Positions 1 to 9,363 of a stretch of 64,000 nt of DNA are shown piece after piece. Origin of the DNA: an uncultured Chlamydiales bacterium (GTDB lineage Bacteria > Chlamydiota > Chlamydiia > Chlamydiales > Rhabdochlamydiaceae); the NCBI GenBank assembly GCA_963700985.1, contig OY969554.1:1184001-1248000 (forward strand), given 5' to 3'. Both the position numbers and the translations under genes were made by a program. How positions within the stretch are numbered: the first letter of the stretch is position 1; each line of letters begins with the position of its first letter. The notes under the pieces were generated by a model. That model saw only the letters and a program-made list of their open reading frames with translations. It did no database searches and had not been told where the DNA came from.

Positions 1-346
1 TAACTTGCCGCTGGATCTCGCTTTCTCCTAGGATAACACTGTCTAGGCCCGCCACAACCTTTGCCAGATGCGTAAAGCACTCATCGCCGAAATAAGAATA
101 GAGATTGTGCTCAAATGGCGAATCGATCTCTTGGCGAAGCAATTGCAAAATCACACTATGCGTGACTGCAAGATCCAAACTACTGAAGTAAATCTCTGTA
201 CGATGACATGTAGAAAGAAAAAGAAAGCCGAATTGAAGAGCATCTAAGGCTTCCGCGCCAAAAAGTTTGGACGTAGCTTTTGCTAGACGTTCACGTAGGG
301 AAAGTTCAGAAGACTTAGCATTGATTCCAATCACTCCAACCCGCAT
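1..346 (-). CDS. hemA: glutamyl-tRNA reductase, N-terminal part (runs off window)
   Basis: Manual translation from ATG at 346: MRVGVIGINAKSSELSLRERL...LSTCHRTEIY...VVAGLDSVILGESEIQRQV, the HemA STCNR and GLDSxxxGExxIxxQV motifs; AAGGAG upstream. Confidence 0.9.
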   Translation of the reverse strand, partial: MRVGVIGINAKSSELSLRERLAKATSKLFGAEALDALQFGFLFLSTCHRTEIYFSSLDLAVTHSVILQLLRQEIDSPFEHNLYSYFGDECFTHLAKVVAGLDSVILGESEIQRQV

Positions 347-458
347 CGCAAAGCTCCTTTAGCTCGAAAAAAGAAACCTTACTAAACATAAAATTTCAGT
401 TCGATGCAAGCAAGAATTGCATCTGGTGAGATTCGCAACAAAATTGAGTAGTGATAAA

Positions 459-499
459 ACTCAAACTCCACCCTGTTACGGTGTAGAGTTTGAGTTAGA
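459..499 (-). terminator. probable intrinsic terminator of the 520-1065 gene
   Basis: Inverted repeat aactcaaactc...gagtttgagtt followed by a short T run on the minus strand, just past the stop codon. Confidence 0.5.
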
Positions 500-519
500 G
501 TTAAACGTGTCTACTGAAT

Positions 520-1065
520 CTATGATGATGCGGCTTTAGCTCCAATAATCGCACTGAGTACCGCGACTCCAACAAAATTCAATTTGTCGAGAGTAGCTCT
601 AGCAAATCCTCCGCCTTGGTCTTGGGGTCTTCGATATTCCTTATGACCATAACCTCTCTCATTACCACCACAGATCTGATCGCAGCCGTTAGATGAACAG
701 TACTCTAAGCCAGGAATTTCGCGAGTTTGGCCACAAATCTCGACTCTCATTGGATCTCGGTCTGTGCAACTTCTAAATAAACGGATTCCTGCGCAAGGAA
801 GGCAACAGATGCCACAAAAAATAGAACCGACTATTTGCCTTAAACCGTCACAGCGTCGATCTGATAAGACTGTTACAACTTGTGGAAGAGTGTGATCCAC
901 ATAATCTTGCGTATGTCCCTGCCAGTCGTCTCTTATCCATCTTCCTTTTTCTTCATCGCGCTGAGGTTGTTGCGTACCAGGTTGCGGCGCTTGGGCTACT
1001 CCTGCTCCTGGCATTACTGGTAATGGGGGCTCATAGCCTCCTGCTGCTCCTACTGGTGGTGCCAT
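520..1065 (-). CDS. hypothetical protein, Pro/Gln-rich N-terminus, Cys-rich core, hydrophobic C-terminus (effector candidate)
   Basis: 181 aa ORF with strong RBS (aaggagtaaggg); IFCGICCLPC motif. Confidence 0.6.
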   Translation of the reverse strand: MAPPVGAAGGYEPPLPVMPGAGVAQAPQPGTQQPQRDEEKGRWIRDDWQGHTQDYVDHTLPQVVTVLSDRRCDGLRQIVGSIFCGICCLPCAGIRLFRSCTDRDPMRVEICGQTREIPGLEYCSSNGCDQICGGNERGYGHKEYRRPQDQGGGFARATLDKLNFVGVAVLSAIIGAKAASS

Positions 1066-1202
1066 ATTCCCTTACTCCTTATTTTTAGGGTTTTTCCGAA
1101 GCAGCAAAGGATATTCTGAGCATTAAATTTTTTACAAGAGATATTGAAGATTTTTTAAAGATTCGAATTGGCTCAAATCTCAACCTCTAAAAAAGTTAAA
1201 AA

Positions 1203-1799
1203 CTAGTCGTTGAGACAAGAGAGGATAGATTCGGTTTCAAAACCACGACGCTGCAAGGCTTGAAAGAGTTTGCCTTTTCCCTCACGTGTGCTCAGATCAT
1301 ATTTTTTAGATAGCTTAGGAATTAACGCTTTGATGCTGCTCTGCTGATCTTCTTTTTTAATACCTGTAAAGGGAAGTGCGCCTTCTTTATGCTTCAATTT
1401 GGCCGCGATCAGAAGAGGCCCCTTGCCTTTTCGCATTTCGCTTCTCACCATCCTTTCGCGCTGCTCAGCATCATTGAGATAGCCTCGCTCTAAACACTTA
1501 TCTATGACTTTGTCGATGGCAACCATAGAGAAGCCTTTTTGGGTAAGTTTTAGGCGCACTTCTTTGGAAAAATAGCTCTTTCTTGCTAGAAGCCTCAAAA
1601 TGCTTTTATAGGCACCTTCTTCTTCGAATTTTTGTAATTTCTCTTTCAATTCCATGAGGGAAAAGCTAGAGCGCAATTCGGACAACTTATTGATAAACAA
1701 ATTTTTGGGAATTTTGCGCCAGATTTCGCCTTCAACTTTAAGCTCGAGATAATCGGGCTCTTCTTCACTAATATTAATTTCTAAGTTCATAGCTACCAA
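1203..1799 (-). CDS. recX: regulatory protein RecX
   Basis: RLLARKSYFSKEVRLKL, GYLND, KGKGPLLIAAKL and LQRRGF are RecX repeat motifs. Confidence 0.85.
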   Translation of the reverse strand: MVAMNLEINISEEEPDYLELKVEGEIWRKIPKNLFINKLSELRSSFSLMELKEKLQKFEEEGAYKSILRLLARKSYFSKEVRLKLTQKGFSMVAIDKVIDKCLERGYLNDAEQRERMVRSEMRKGKGPLLIAAKLKHKEGALPFTGIKKEDQQSSIKALIPKLSKKYDLSTREGKGKLFQALQRRGFETESILSCLND

Positions 1800-1892
1800 A
1801 TATTTACAACAGCCACCATCAAGCTTCTTGGCTCGATTTATACTAAGTTATTTAGGGGTTTTTTATTGCACACTAATTCTTTACAGGTAAAG

Positions 1893-2174
1893 ATGTATCT
1901 TATGGTAGATAAAATCCCGGGTTCACTTCCTCCCACTCCCCAAGGTCCGACACCACAAAGCGGACCTGCTGCACCTTTTTCTGGACAAACCAGCGAAGGC
2001 GGAGATCCTGCACTTGCCTCTTGGAGACAGATGTTTGGAGGACAAGCCTCCGATGCAGAAGTGAAACGCTGTATGGATATGGTGGTTAAAGATGCTGTCG
2101 ATCAGCTTAAAAAACAAGCTGCTAAGTCGCGTGAACTACGTAAAAAAATCCAAAAAGATCTTGAAGAAGGCTAG
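1893..2174 (+). CDS. small hypothetical protein (Pro-rich N-terminus, helical C-terminus)
   Basis: ORF 1866-2174; ATG at 1893 or 1902 is the more likely start. Confidence 0.55.
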   Translation: MYLMVDKIPGSLPPTPQGPTPQSGPAAPFSGQTSEGGDPALASWRQMFGGQASDAEVKRCMDMVVKDAVDQLKKQAAKSRELRKKIQKDLEEG

Positions 2175-2227
2175 AAGATCTTCCTAAGAAGCTTCTAATA
2201 CAAAGCCCGACGTGGTAAACTAGCTCC

Positions 2228-3142
2228 ATGTCTGACTCTACTGCTCAAATAATTTTTGTAAATCCTGAGGAAAAAGGGCTGCGGCTTGATAAGCTTCTCA
2301 CTGCCCGTTTTCCTAACTATTCGCGCACCTATTTTCAATTCCTCATTGAAAAGGGATGCGTTCTTGTGGGCGGACGTGCATTAAAAAAGCGGGAAGAACC
2401 CAAAGTCGGCGAAGAGATCGAGCTCTGTTTTCTTTTAACGCCCGAAATTTCGCTTACTCCTGAGAATATCCCCTTAGATATCTTATACGAAGATGAGCAC
2501 CTGCTCATCATTAATAAACCTGCCGGAATGGTGGTACATCCAGGCCCGGGTCATCCAACCGGAACTTTCGCTAATGCGCTCATCCACCACTGCCAAAATT
2601 TAGTCCCTGTTGATAGTTCTGATATCCGCCCGGGCATCGTCCATCGTTTAGATAAAGACACTTCAGGCGTCATGCTAGCGGCTAAAAGTCAGCTGGCACA
2701 TCAAAAACTGGTCGCACTCTTTTCATCTAGGCAGATTGAGAAATACTATCTAACTGTTTGTGTCGGTTCGCCCAAAGTAGAAAAGATCCAGGAGCCAATC
2801 GGCCGTCATCCCCGCCGCCGTCAAGAGATGGCCGTTTGTGAAAATGGAAGAGAAGCGATCACACTTTGTCGCGTGCTGGCAGAAAAGAACCCACTAGCCC
2901 TTTTGTCCATACAGATTTTAACCGGTAGAACACATCAAATCCGCGTTCATCTGAAGCACATCGGTCATCCAGTTTTAGGCGATTCAGTCTATGGTTCTGA
3001 TAGCATGAATCAAAAGTTTGGAGCAGCTCGCCAATTGCTACATGCCCATCGCCTTAAATTTCTTCATCCTTTCACTTCAAAAGTGATCGATATAACCGCC
3101 CCGATCCCTTCCGAACTTACCAATCTCGTTCCTCTCTCATAG
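2228..3142 (+). CDS. rluD: RluA/RluD family 23S rRNA pseudouridine synthase with S4 domain
   Basis: RLDKLL S4 start, INKPAGMVVHP, GIVHRLDKDTSG, TGRTHQIRVH, LHAHRL. Confidence 0.93.
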   Translation: MSDSTAQIIFVNPEEKGLRLDKLLTARFPNYSRTYFQFLIEKGCVLVGGRALKKREEPKVGEEIELCFLLTPEISLTPENIPLDILYEDEHLLIINKPAGMVVHPGPGHPTGTFANALIHHCQNLVPVDSSDIRPGIVHRLDKDTSGVMLAAKSQLAHQKLVALFSSRQIEKYYLTVCVGSPKVEKIQEPIGRHPRRRQEMAVCENGREAITLCRVLAEKNPLALLSIQILTGRTHQIRVHLKHIGHPVLGDSVYGSDSMNQKFGAARQLLHAHRLKFLHPFTSKVIDITAPIPSELTNLVPLS

Positions 3143-3238
3143 AGAGGTTAAAAATATAGATTTTATTTGTCGTTTTTCAGTATCGTCAACTATTGACTAA
3201 ACGCTTTTTGCTTAGCGAACTGGGAATTGCTCTGCAAG

Positions 3239-3309
3239 AAATTCACCATAGAGGGCACAGAGAGAGAAAAACAACGCTCTTTTTTACTCTGTGATCTATG
3301 TAGTTAATT
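3239..3309. repeat. empty degenerate copy of the CACCACAGAG-type inverted repeat that flanks the GxxExxY gene
   Basis: aattcaccatagagggcacagag...ctctgtgatctatgtagttaatt resembles the arms at 24872 and 25476. Confidence 0.55.
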
Positions 3310-3348
3310 TCTTCAACCAATTCGCAATTTTAAAATAAGGATCGCGTT

Positions 3349-3621
3349 ATGAAAGAGTTTGTCGAATACATTGTAAAAAATCTGGTCGACCACCCCGATA
3401 AAGTGCGCATAAATGAAATCGGTGGAACAAATACACTCATCATCGAACTCTCTGTTGAAAAGTCTGATATCGGCAAAATCATTGGGAAAAAAGGCAAGAC
3501 CATCAATGCGATCCGTACCCTGCTAATGTCAGTGGCAAGCAGAAATGGCATTCGCGTTAATCTTGAAATCCTTGAAGAAGAAGGCGGAAAAGAAAGCGCT
3601 GCAGAAGAAAAGCCAGAATAA
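3349..3621 (+). CDS. khpA: KH domain RNA-binding protein (KhpA/UPF0109)
   Basis: MKEFVEYIVKNLVDHPDKV, DIGKIIGKKGKTINAIRTLL (GxxG loop). Confidence 0.9.
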   Translation: MKEFVEYIVKNLVDHPDKVRINEIGGTNTLIIELSVEKSDIGKIIGKKGKTINAIRTLLMSVASRNGIRVNLEILEEEGGKESAAEEKPE

Positions 3622-3644
3622 GCTTCGAATTTAAATTCGAAGCT
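3621..3644. terminator. perfect palindrome between convergent genes
   Basis: agcttcgaatttaaattcgaagct. Confidence 0.45.
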
Positions 3645-6272
3645 CTAGCTTTCAAGATGTGGAAGGCATGGAGAGATAACCGCTTTACGCGAGTTAATCA
3701 ATCCAGCTTCATATTTCAAAACTGCAATCGGTAAAGATGCTTTTTTAGCACGTATCCTTGAAACAGACGCAAAACTCTCTTTGAAGATCTCTTCATACAT
3801 ATTTGCGTTATCCCCCAAAAACTCTACTTCCATCTTGTGATTTTTGATCAGTGGATGCACACGCAAAGCATTGAGAAAACTATTCAAATGCGCGATCGCC
3901 AATTCCGTGTTAGGAATCCAGATCCAAAGTTCATCTTTATGCTTGTACTCTTGAGCAGCTTTGCCCGCATAAAGATCTTCGGCTCCGCTAATTGTGCTGA
4001 TCATGTGTAAATGCAGGTCGATTTCACCCTTCTCTTTACTGACCTGCAGTGCATCCTCATACCAGGCGGCACGTATGCGTCCTTGATGCTTCTCGAAGGT
4101 CGGAATGTTCTTAAGAAAAAGTTTGGTTTGACCTACGCGGCAGCAGCCATTCTGCTCTTTTGTATCCGCAAAGATTGTAGAGGGCAAGCCTCCTACACAG
4201 AACATCAAGTTATGCTCTACCATCTCTTCTTTCCCGCTATATATTTTGCGGTAGAGTGAATAGGTGTCGGTATCTTGTAAAATGTGATGAGCCGCAGCTG
4301 TAACAAACTTTTCGTCTCGAGGGATGTGATCGAAGGAAATAATCTCCATTTCTTTTCCTGAAATGAGCGATTTCAAACGATTCAAGAGCTCTGCAACACA
4401 TTCGACATCTTTGAAAGAGACTTTGGTGAGTAGATCAGTGTCATCGAAGATCGCAAAGAGGAAATGCAAGTATTCGATAATTTCACGCTGCTTATCCACG
4501 AAGTAATTTTTCTTTTTCTCGATGACTAAATAGCGTTGTAGCAGCCTCTGCAGAATACGTTTGTTCTTCGGTATGGTAAGATCTTTTTCTACTTCTTTTA
4601 TCTGAGCTTGAATCTCAGGCAGCGTCATTCCAGCCGTGCTATAGTTATCATTAATCTTGAAAGCGAGGCTGGCCACAAGCGTATTCGATGATTGCGCATC
4701 GGAAATAAGCGCCATAGGCGGAGAGAAGGTATGAATAGAACTCTTATGGTGATCGATTACGCTGATCACTTCGAGATAAGCGGGAATCTTGGTCTCATCG
4801 CGATTGCAAAAATCGCGCAGTGTGACAGTGCCTAACGTTTGCTTAACAAGTTCACTCGCATAAATGACTCCCAAGGGAATCAAACGTCCATCTTTATCGG
4901 CCGAAGTGACGGTTAGATAAGGGTAAGTCCCAATCTTGCTGCGCACCTCATTGAGATCGGCGTGCGGACTTAAAAAGTGTGCTTGCAAGCCAAAAACATC
5001 TGTTTTGATGCGAAGCGCTACATCCAAACTTTCGACATATTTCCCAATGTTTTGAATTGCATCATCGAGCGCATGGATGATTTTTTCGAGCTGCAAGAAG
5101 ATTTGCGGGCGGTTTTCCAGAAGATACCCGGCCTTATCGAACAGCGAACTTTTTTGGAGCGAGATCACCTGATCGATAAACTCTTGAAAATCGACAATCG
5201 AAAGCGCTTTCATGGCCAGCGCAAAATCTTCAAAGGTGCATTTCAACCCCTGCTTGACTTTCAGCACCTTAACTAGATACTTCTCAAAGTTTGCCTTCTG
5301 ATGCTCATTCAGTTTCTTAACAGGCTGCGTCTCATCTAGGCTGCTCTTAAAAAGAGACTGAAAAAAAGGTTCTAGATCTTTGGTCGAGAGCTTCTCTTTT
5401 GCAAAAAGTGAGATTAGTTTCGCGTGAAGATTATTCTCAAACCAGCGCAAAGCTTGGCTCAGCATCATAATCACCTGATGGACGCTTTCCACATCCATGC
5501 TGCGCCAATCGCCAAGGTAATAGCCGAGCTCATCGACTAAAATCACCGCATTGTGGCTTCTCTCGTGCTCAAGCGTAAGAGAAGATTCATGCGTTTCTTT
5601 TTTATACACGCCTTTTTGCGTCATTAAATCGAGGCTAGAAAGCGCCAATGAACTTTTTGTTTTAGCGAGATTTTGGAAAACATTCTCACCGAAAACTTCA
5701 TGAAAAAGAATTTTGATGTCGATCTGAGCAGGCGGTGTGTTTCCAGGTACGTTCCAAATGTGCATTCCCTCACCGACACGTGCCGCAAAGGCATCTACCC
5801 AACCCCAAAAAGAGGCCACAGTCGTATCGAGATCTGGAGAGGAGTGCGCCGTTACAAAATGGCTACCAGTGTATTTTTTGCCCATTCCAATTGGGAAGTA
5901 GGCTTGATACTCTTCACGGGGAAGATATTTACCTGCAATATGTGCACGTACTTTGTAGTTTTCTTCGGCAGAAATGCCAGAAAGCTGGTTGAGCCATAGT
6001 TCAAAATTAAAAAAAGCGTAAGAATCTAGCACGCGTTCTTGATTGATGCGATCGATAAAATCGAGGACCGCGCCTAAAAGAAAGCAAGGTTCGGAAGCTG
6101 ACTGGATGAGTTTGAGTAGAGCCCGTCCTACCTGCTCACTCTTGCGCATCTCAGTTAATTTTTTAAATTCAGGCGTTTGAAATTCTTTAAATACCTGATC
6201 GAGGTTTCCAAACTGGAAGCGTGAAATGACATAGTCGCCAAGGCTAGTTGGCTTATTTGAACTAGGCGTCAT
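3645..6272 (-). CDS. large DHH-superfamily protein resembling CBS-domain Mn-dependent inorganic pyrophosphatase (family II)
   Basis: TAHSSPDLDT, VTLRDFCN, VISVIDHHK, SSNTLVA, AIFDDTDLL, DTKE...RVGQ and C-terminal INSRKAVISP occur in PpaC motif order; two CBS-like segments. Confidence 0.7.
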   Translation of the reverse strand: MTPSSNKPTSLGDYVISRFQFGNLDQVFKEFQTPEFKKLTEMRKSEQVGRALLKLIQSASEPCFLLGAVLDFIDRINQERVLDSYAFFNFELWLNQLSGISAEENYKVRAHIAGKYLPREEYQAYFPIGMGKKYTGSHFVTAHSSPDLDTTVASFWGWVDAFAARVGEGMHIWNVPGNTPPAQIDIKILFHEVFGENVFQNLAKTKSSLALSSLDLMTQKGVYKKETHESSLTLEHERSHNAVILVDELGYYLGDWRSMDVESVHQVIMMLSQALRWFENNLHAKLISLFAKEKLSTKDLEPFFQSLFKSSLDETQPVKKLNEHQKANFEKYLVKVLKVKQGLKCTFEDFALAMKALSIVDFQEFIDQVISLQKSSLFDKAGYLLENRPQIFLQLEKIIHALDDAIQNIGKYVESLDVALRIKTDVFGLQAHFLSPHADLNEVRSKIGTYPYLTVTSADKDGRLIPLGVIYASELVKQTLGTVTLRDFCNRDETKIPAYLEVISVIDHHKSSIHTFSPPMALISDAQSSNTLVASLAFKINDNYSTAGMTLPEIQAQIKEVEKDLTIPKNKRILQRLLQRYLVIEKKKNYFVDKQREIIEYLHFLFAIFDDTDLLTKVSFKDVECVAELLNRLKSLISGKEMEIISFDHIPRDEKFVTAAAHHILQDTDTYSLYRKIYSGKEEMVEHNLMFCVGGLPSTIFADTKEQNGCCRVGQTKLFLKNIPTFEKHQGRIRAAWYEDALQVSKEKGEIDLHLHMISTISGAEDLYAGKAAQEYKHKDELWIWIPNTELAIAHLNSFLNALRVHPLIKNHKMEVEFLGDNANMYEEIFKESFASVSRIRAKKASLPIAVLKYEAGLINSRKAVISPCLPHLES

Positions 6273-6315
6273 GGTCTTTCCGTTGCTTTAAGTCATTTAA
6301 GAAAAATTAGTATAA

Positions 6316-6388
6316 CGGATCGAGCAGGACTCGAACCTGCGACCACCCGCTTAGAAGGCGGGTGCTCTATCCACTGAGCTATCGATCC
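6316..6388 (-). tRNA. tRNA-Arg(TCT)
   Basis: Reverse complement GGATCGATAGCTCAGTGGATAGAGCACCCGCCTTCTAAGCGGGTGGTCGCAGGTTCGAGTCCTGCTCGATCCG; cloverleaf, anticodon TCT, no encoded CCA. Confidence 0.95.
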
Positions 6389-6463
6389 AAAAAGAACCCC
6401 ATGTTATACCAAACACGAGTGATTTGTAAACATCTCTAAAAGATCATGGTTTCAAGACAGCTT

Positions 6464-7237
6464 CTAAGGAGATAGAGGAGAAGTTGGCGGGTATTCTTCC
6501 CTTCTTCGATAGACTGCTTTTCTATCTTCTTGTGGAATAGGCTTTGGATAATCCAATCTGACAATGTCTAAATTGACTTTATATCTTGGGAAATCTGAAA
6601 TAACTTCTTCAGCTACGCATTCGGCTGACTCACGATCCTCTTCTGAGATTTCGCCGTCATAGTAAAAATACAAATGAAATTCTTTATCTTTCCATTGAAT
6701 CATAGCTGCTCGAAGTGCAGGAGAGACGCTTCCTAATAGAGCTGTGTTCATTGATAAAACAGCACTCGTATAATTAATTTCCTGAAATTCATCATCGCTC
6801 TTTGGTGTTTGCTCTTGTTCAGATAATACGCTTTTCTTTTTCCCCCATTGCCTCTTTTCCTCTCCAAACAATGTACTCATCAACCCCCTCATGTACAACA
6901 TGCCAGCAGCCTTTTCTCTTCGCAGATAGACGATTTCACCTTCCCCTTGAGGAATGGGCTTAGGATAATCCCATCTGAGAATATCTTCTTTGAGTTGATA
7001 ATCAGGATAATCCGATATTACTTCTGTGCCTACACATTGAGCTGAATCACAATCGTCATCGGAGATTTCACCATCATAGTAAAATGACAAATGTATTTCT
7101 TGATCATCCCAATGAATCTTAGCTGCCCTAAGTGCAGGAGAGACTTCTAGCCATAGTGCTCTATTCATCGACAAAATTGCGCCAACTCGATCTATTTTAT
7201 GAAATTCACCGTTATTTTTTTGGTCTTGCGGGGACAA
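6464..7237 (-). CDS. putative polymorphic-toxin immunity protein, two tandem copies of one ~90 aa domain
   Basis: Repeats LSMNxAL..VSPALRAA.I.W...E.HL.FYYDGEIS..D..SA.CV..EVISD(Y/F)P.Y.....I.R.DYPKPIPQ.....VY.RRE; directly downstream of a toxin tip; start codon uncertain. Confidence 0.65.
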   Translation of the reverse strand: MSPQDQKNNGEFHKIDRVGAILSMNRALWLEVSPALRAAKIHWDDQEIHLSFYYDGEISDDDCDSAQCVGTEVISDYPDYQLKEDILRWDYPKPIPQGEGEIVYLRREKAAGMLYMRGLMSTLFGEEKRQWGKKKSVLSEQEQTPKSDDEFQEINYTSAVLSMNTALLGSVSPALRAAMIQWKDKEFHLYFYYDGEISEEDRESAECVAEEVISDFPRYKVNLDIVRLDYPKPIPQEDRKAVYRRREEYPPTSPLSP

Positions 7238-7442
7238 TATGAGCTCCTTTTTTGCTATAATGAATCGTTCCTATAGTTGTAGCAAATTTTTCCTTGGTTT
7301 TTTCATCAACAAAATATCCAATAAATTCACCAAAATCAACTCTCTCGCGATAACCAGGTTCACCAAGCACTCCGGCAACTTTTTGTCCTTTTCCCGCATG
7401 CACTTTTAAAAGCTTTTCAGGCTCAGGATGAGTCCAGATTCC
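7212..7442 (-). pseudogene. orphan C-terminal fragment of an Ntox50-like polymorphic toxin (predicted RNase)
   Basis: GIWTHPEPEKLLKVHAGKGQKVAGVLGEPGYRERVDFGEFIG...TTIGTIHYSKKGAHIVPARPKK; frame begins immediately after an in-frame TAA, N-terminal half missing. Confidence 0.7.
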
Positions 7443-7557
7443 TTAATTATAATTTCTTATAAAAGAAAAAACGGCGCAAAAGTACTAAGGTTTGAAGTTT
7501 TTGTCAAACAGCTCACAGAGCTTTCAAAGATCGAAGGTCTGATTTTGAGACGGCTTC

Positions 7558-9243
7558 TTAAGGCGCTTGCTCGACGTTTACCGGAGACTGCTCTATTTGC
7601 TCTGAATAAGGAGCGGGAACATCTTGGCTTTGGCTTAACTTACGATAGTCTTCAAACGAATGAATGATGTGAGGGCGAACGAAGATAATAATATTTCGTT
7701 TCTCATCGCGTTCTTTCGTCTTGCTAAATGCTGCCCCAATAACAGGCAGGCCGCCCAAACAAGGAATGCCGCTCTTATGGTGGGATTTGGCATTACGCGC
7801 CATCCCGCTCAACACTAAGAAATGCTTATCGGGAATATGCACATGCGTCACCATATTCGCCTTGGTGGTTCGAATACCGTTTACGGCTGAGCTAGAATTA
7901 TGCAGATCTCCCATGCTTTCGGTGATCTCTTCGTTGATGTCGAGAGTAATGACATCCCCTTCGCCTAGCATAGGTGTAATACTTAAGTTTACCCCGATGT
8001 CGCGATATTCGATATTGGCCGCAGTCTGCTGAGTTTGACCGATCGTCTGAATGACAGATCCTGTGAATGGAATGTTGTCACCGACAAAAATGGTCGAATT
8101 CTTGTTATCCTGCGTGATGATCTTCTGATTCAAGACGATTGTACTGTCGCCGTCCATCTGCAGAGCAGAAACTAAAGAACCTAGAGTAAGATAGGATTTG
8201 CCTTTGTGACGGATGATGTCACCAATTACGCCTAGATCAAAACCATTCCCCAGTGGAACCTGGCCGAGGCCCGTCGGTGTGCTATCGGCATTGATCGATT
8301 TCATGGTTGAAGCAAACTGCTGGCCGCCGTGATCGGGAGAAAAACCTCCCATTCCAAAGCCTAGCTTATCTTTATATTTGCCACCCAAAGCCCACTCAAG
8401 GCCAAATTCCATCGCTTTGCGCACATCGGTCTCAATTACCAATACCTCAATGAAAACTTGGCGTAGAGGCACATCCAGAGAGCTAATCAGCTTTTTTAAA
8501 GCGACAATGGTCTCAGGATCTCCAGAGCAAAGGAGAGAATTTGTCATCTTTACCCACTGCATGGATTGAATGGCGTCGAGCAGTTTGGTGGGTTTTTCGG
8601 GTTGATTGTGTAGATCAGCGGCGATTTTTTTGATCGCCTCATCGATTTCAGCACCTTGATGATATTGTAACTTGTAGACAAAGAACTCTCTTGGCTCAGA
8701 AGGAGTAGCTGAAGGAGCAATAGCCGGTATAATAGGAGGCAGTGCAGGCGTTAAACCTGTTAGGACATTAGCAGGCGGTTGTGTTTTTGCCAGCTCTTGC
8801 AAAGGAGATGGGATAATAGCTTCTTCGACTTTCCTTCTCTCATTAGAGGCGTGATGCGCATCTTTAGACTCTTTTCCACCTTTATGAATGACATAGTAAT
8901 CCTCTTCGCGAGTGACACCCATTCCATGCATCTTGAGCATTTGGATAAGCGCCTTCAGCACATTTTCAGAGGCGACCGGCCGGCCTGATGCAAGCGTGAT
9001 ATTGAATTCAAGTTCTTTACTATTAAAGATGAAGTTCACTTCTGAAATGCGACTAACAAATCGAATGACTTCGATTACGGGCACGTCATTAAAATTGATC
9101 GTGTGTCCGCTCTCTTCTTTTACGATCACGTCTTCAGATGGTGACGCTAAGTCGTCATCACCCAAAGCCATAATCGGCATAACAAAGAGCAGTCCAATTC
9201 CAAGAAGATGTTTTGTGTTTAGTATCGTCATAATTTGTGGCAC
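7558..9243 (-). CDS. secretin, short paralog of T3SS outer-membrane ring CdsC/SctC
   Basis: Signal peptide; TINFNDVPVIEVIRFVSRI, VYKLQYHQG, LDVPLRQVFIEVLVIET, IEYRDIGVNL and SGIPCLGGLPVIGAAFS closely match the CdsC at 50425. Confidence 0.85.
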   Translation of the reverse strand: MPQIMTILNTKHLLGIGLLFVMPIMALGDDDLASPSEDVIVKEESGHTINFNDVPVIEVIRFVSRISEVNFIFNSKELEFNITLASGRPVASENVLKALIQMLKMHGMGVTREEDYYVIHKGGKESKDAHHASNERRKVEEAIIPSPLQELAKTQPPANVLTGLTPALPPIIPAIAPSATPSEPREFFVYKLQYHQGAEIDEAIKKIAADLHNQPEKPTKLLDAIQSMQWVKMTNSLLCSGDPETIVALKKLISSLDVPLRQVFIEVLVIETDVRKAMEFGLEWALGGKYKDKLGFGMGGFSPDHGGQQFASTMKSINADSTPTGLGQVPLGNGFDLGVIGDIIRHKGKSYLTLGSLVSALQMDGDSTIVLNQKIITQDNKNSTIFVGDNIPFTGSVIQTIGQTQQTAANIEYRDIGVNLSITPMLGEGDVITLDINEEITESMGDLHNSSSAVNGIRTTKANMVTHVHIPDKHFLVLSGMARNAKSHHKSGIPCLGGLPVIGAAFSKTKERDEKRNIIIFVRPHIIHSFEDYRKLSQSQDVPAPYSEQIEQSPVNVEQAP

Positions 9244-9363
9244 GCCACGAACATAATAAGACGACCCGTTCTTTTTTTAATAGTAATTTTGAAAAATTTT
9301 TCACTTCCTTGCTAAAAATTTCCATTTTCCTGATAATTGACACGCGACCTGGAGAAAATTTTC

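Noticed and set aside
6316-7442. tRNA-integrated genomic island
   Set aside because: The toxin/immunity module is on the 5' side of the tRNA; no integrase or duplicated tRNA 3' end seen
7558-9243. Type II secretion GspD
   Set aside because: No gspE/F or pseudopilin neighbours, and long near-identical blocks with CdsC
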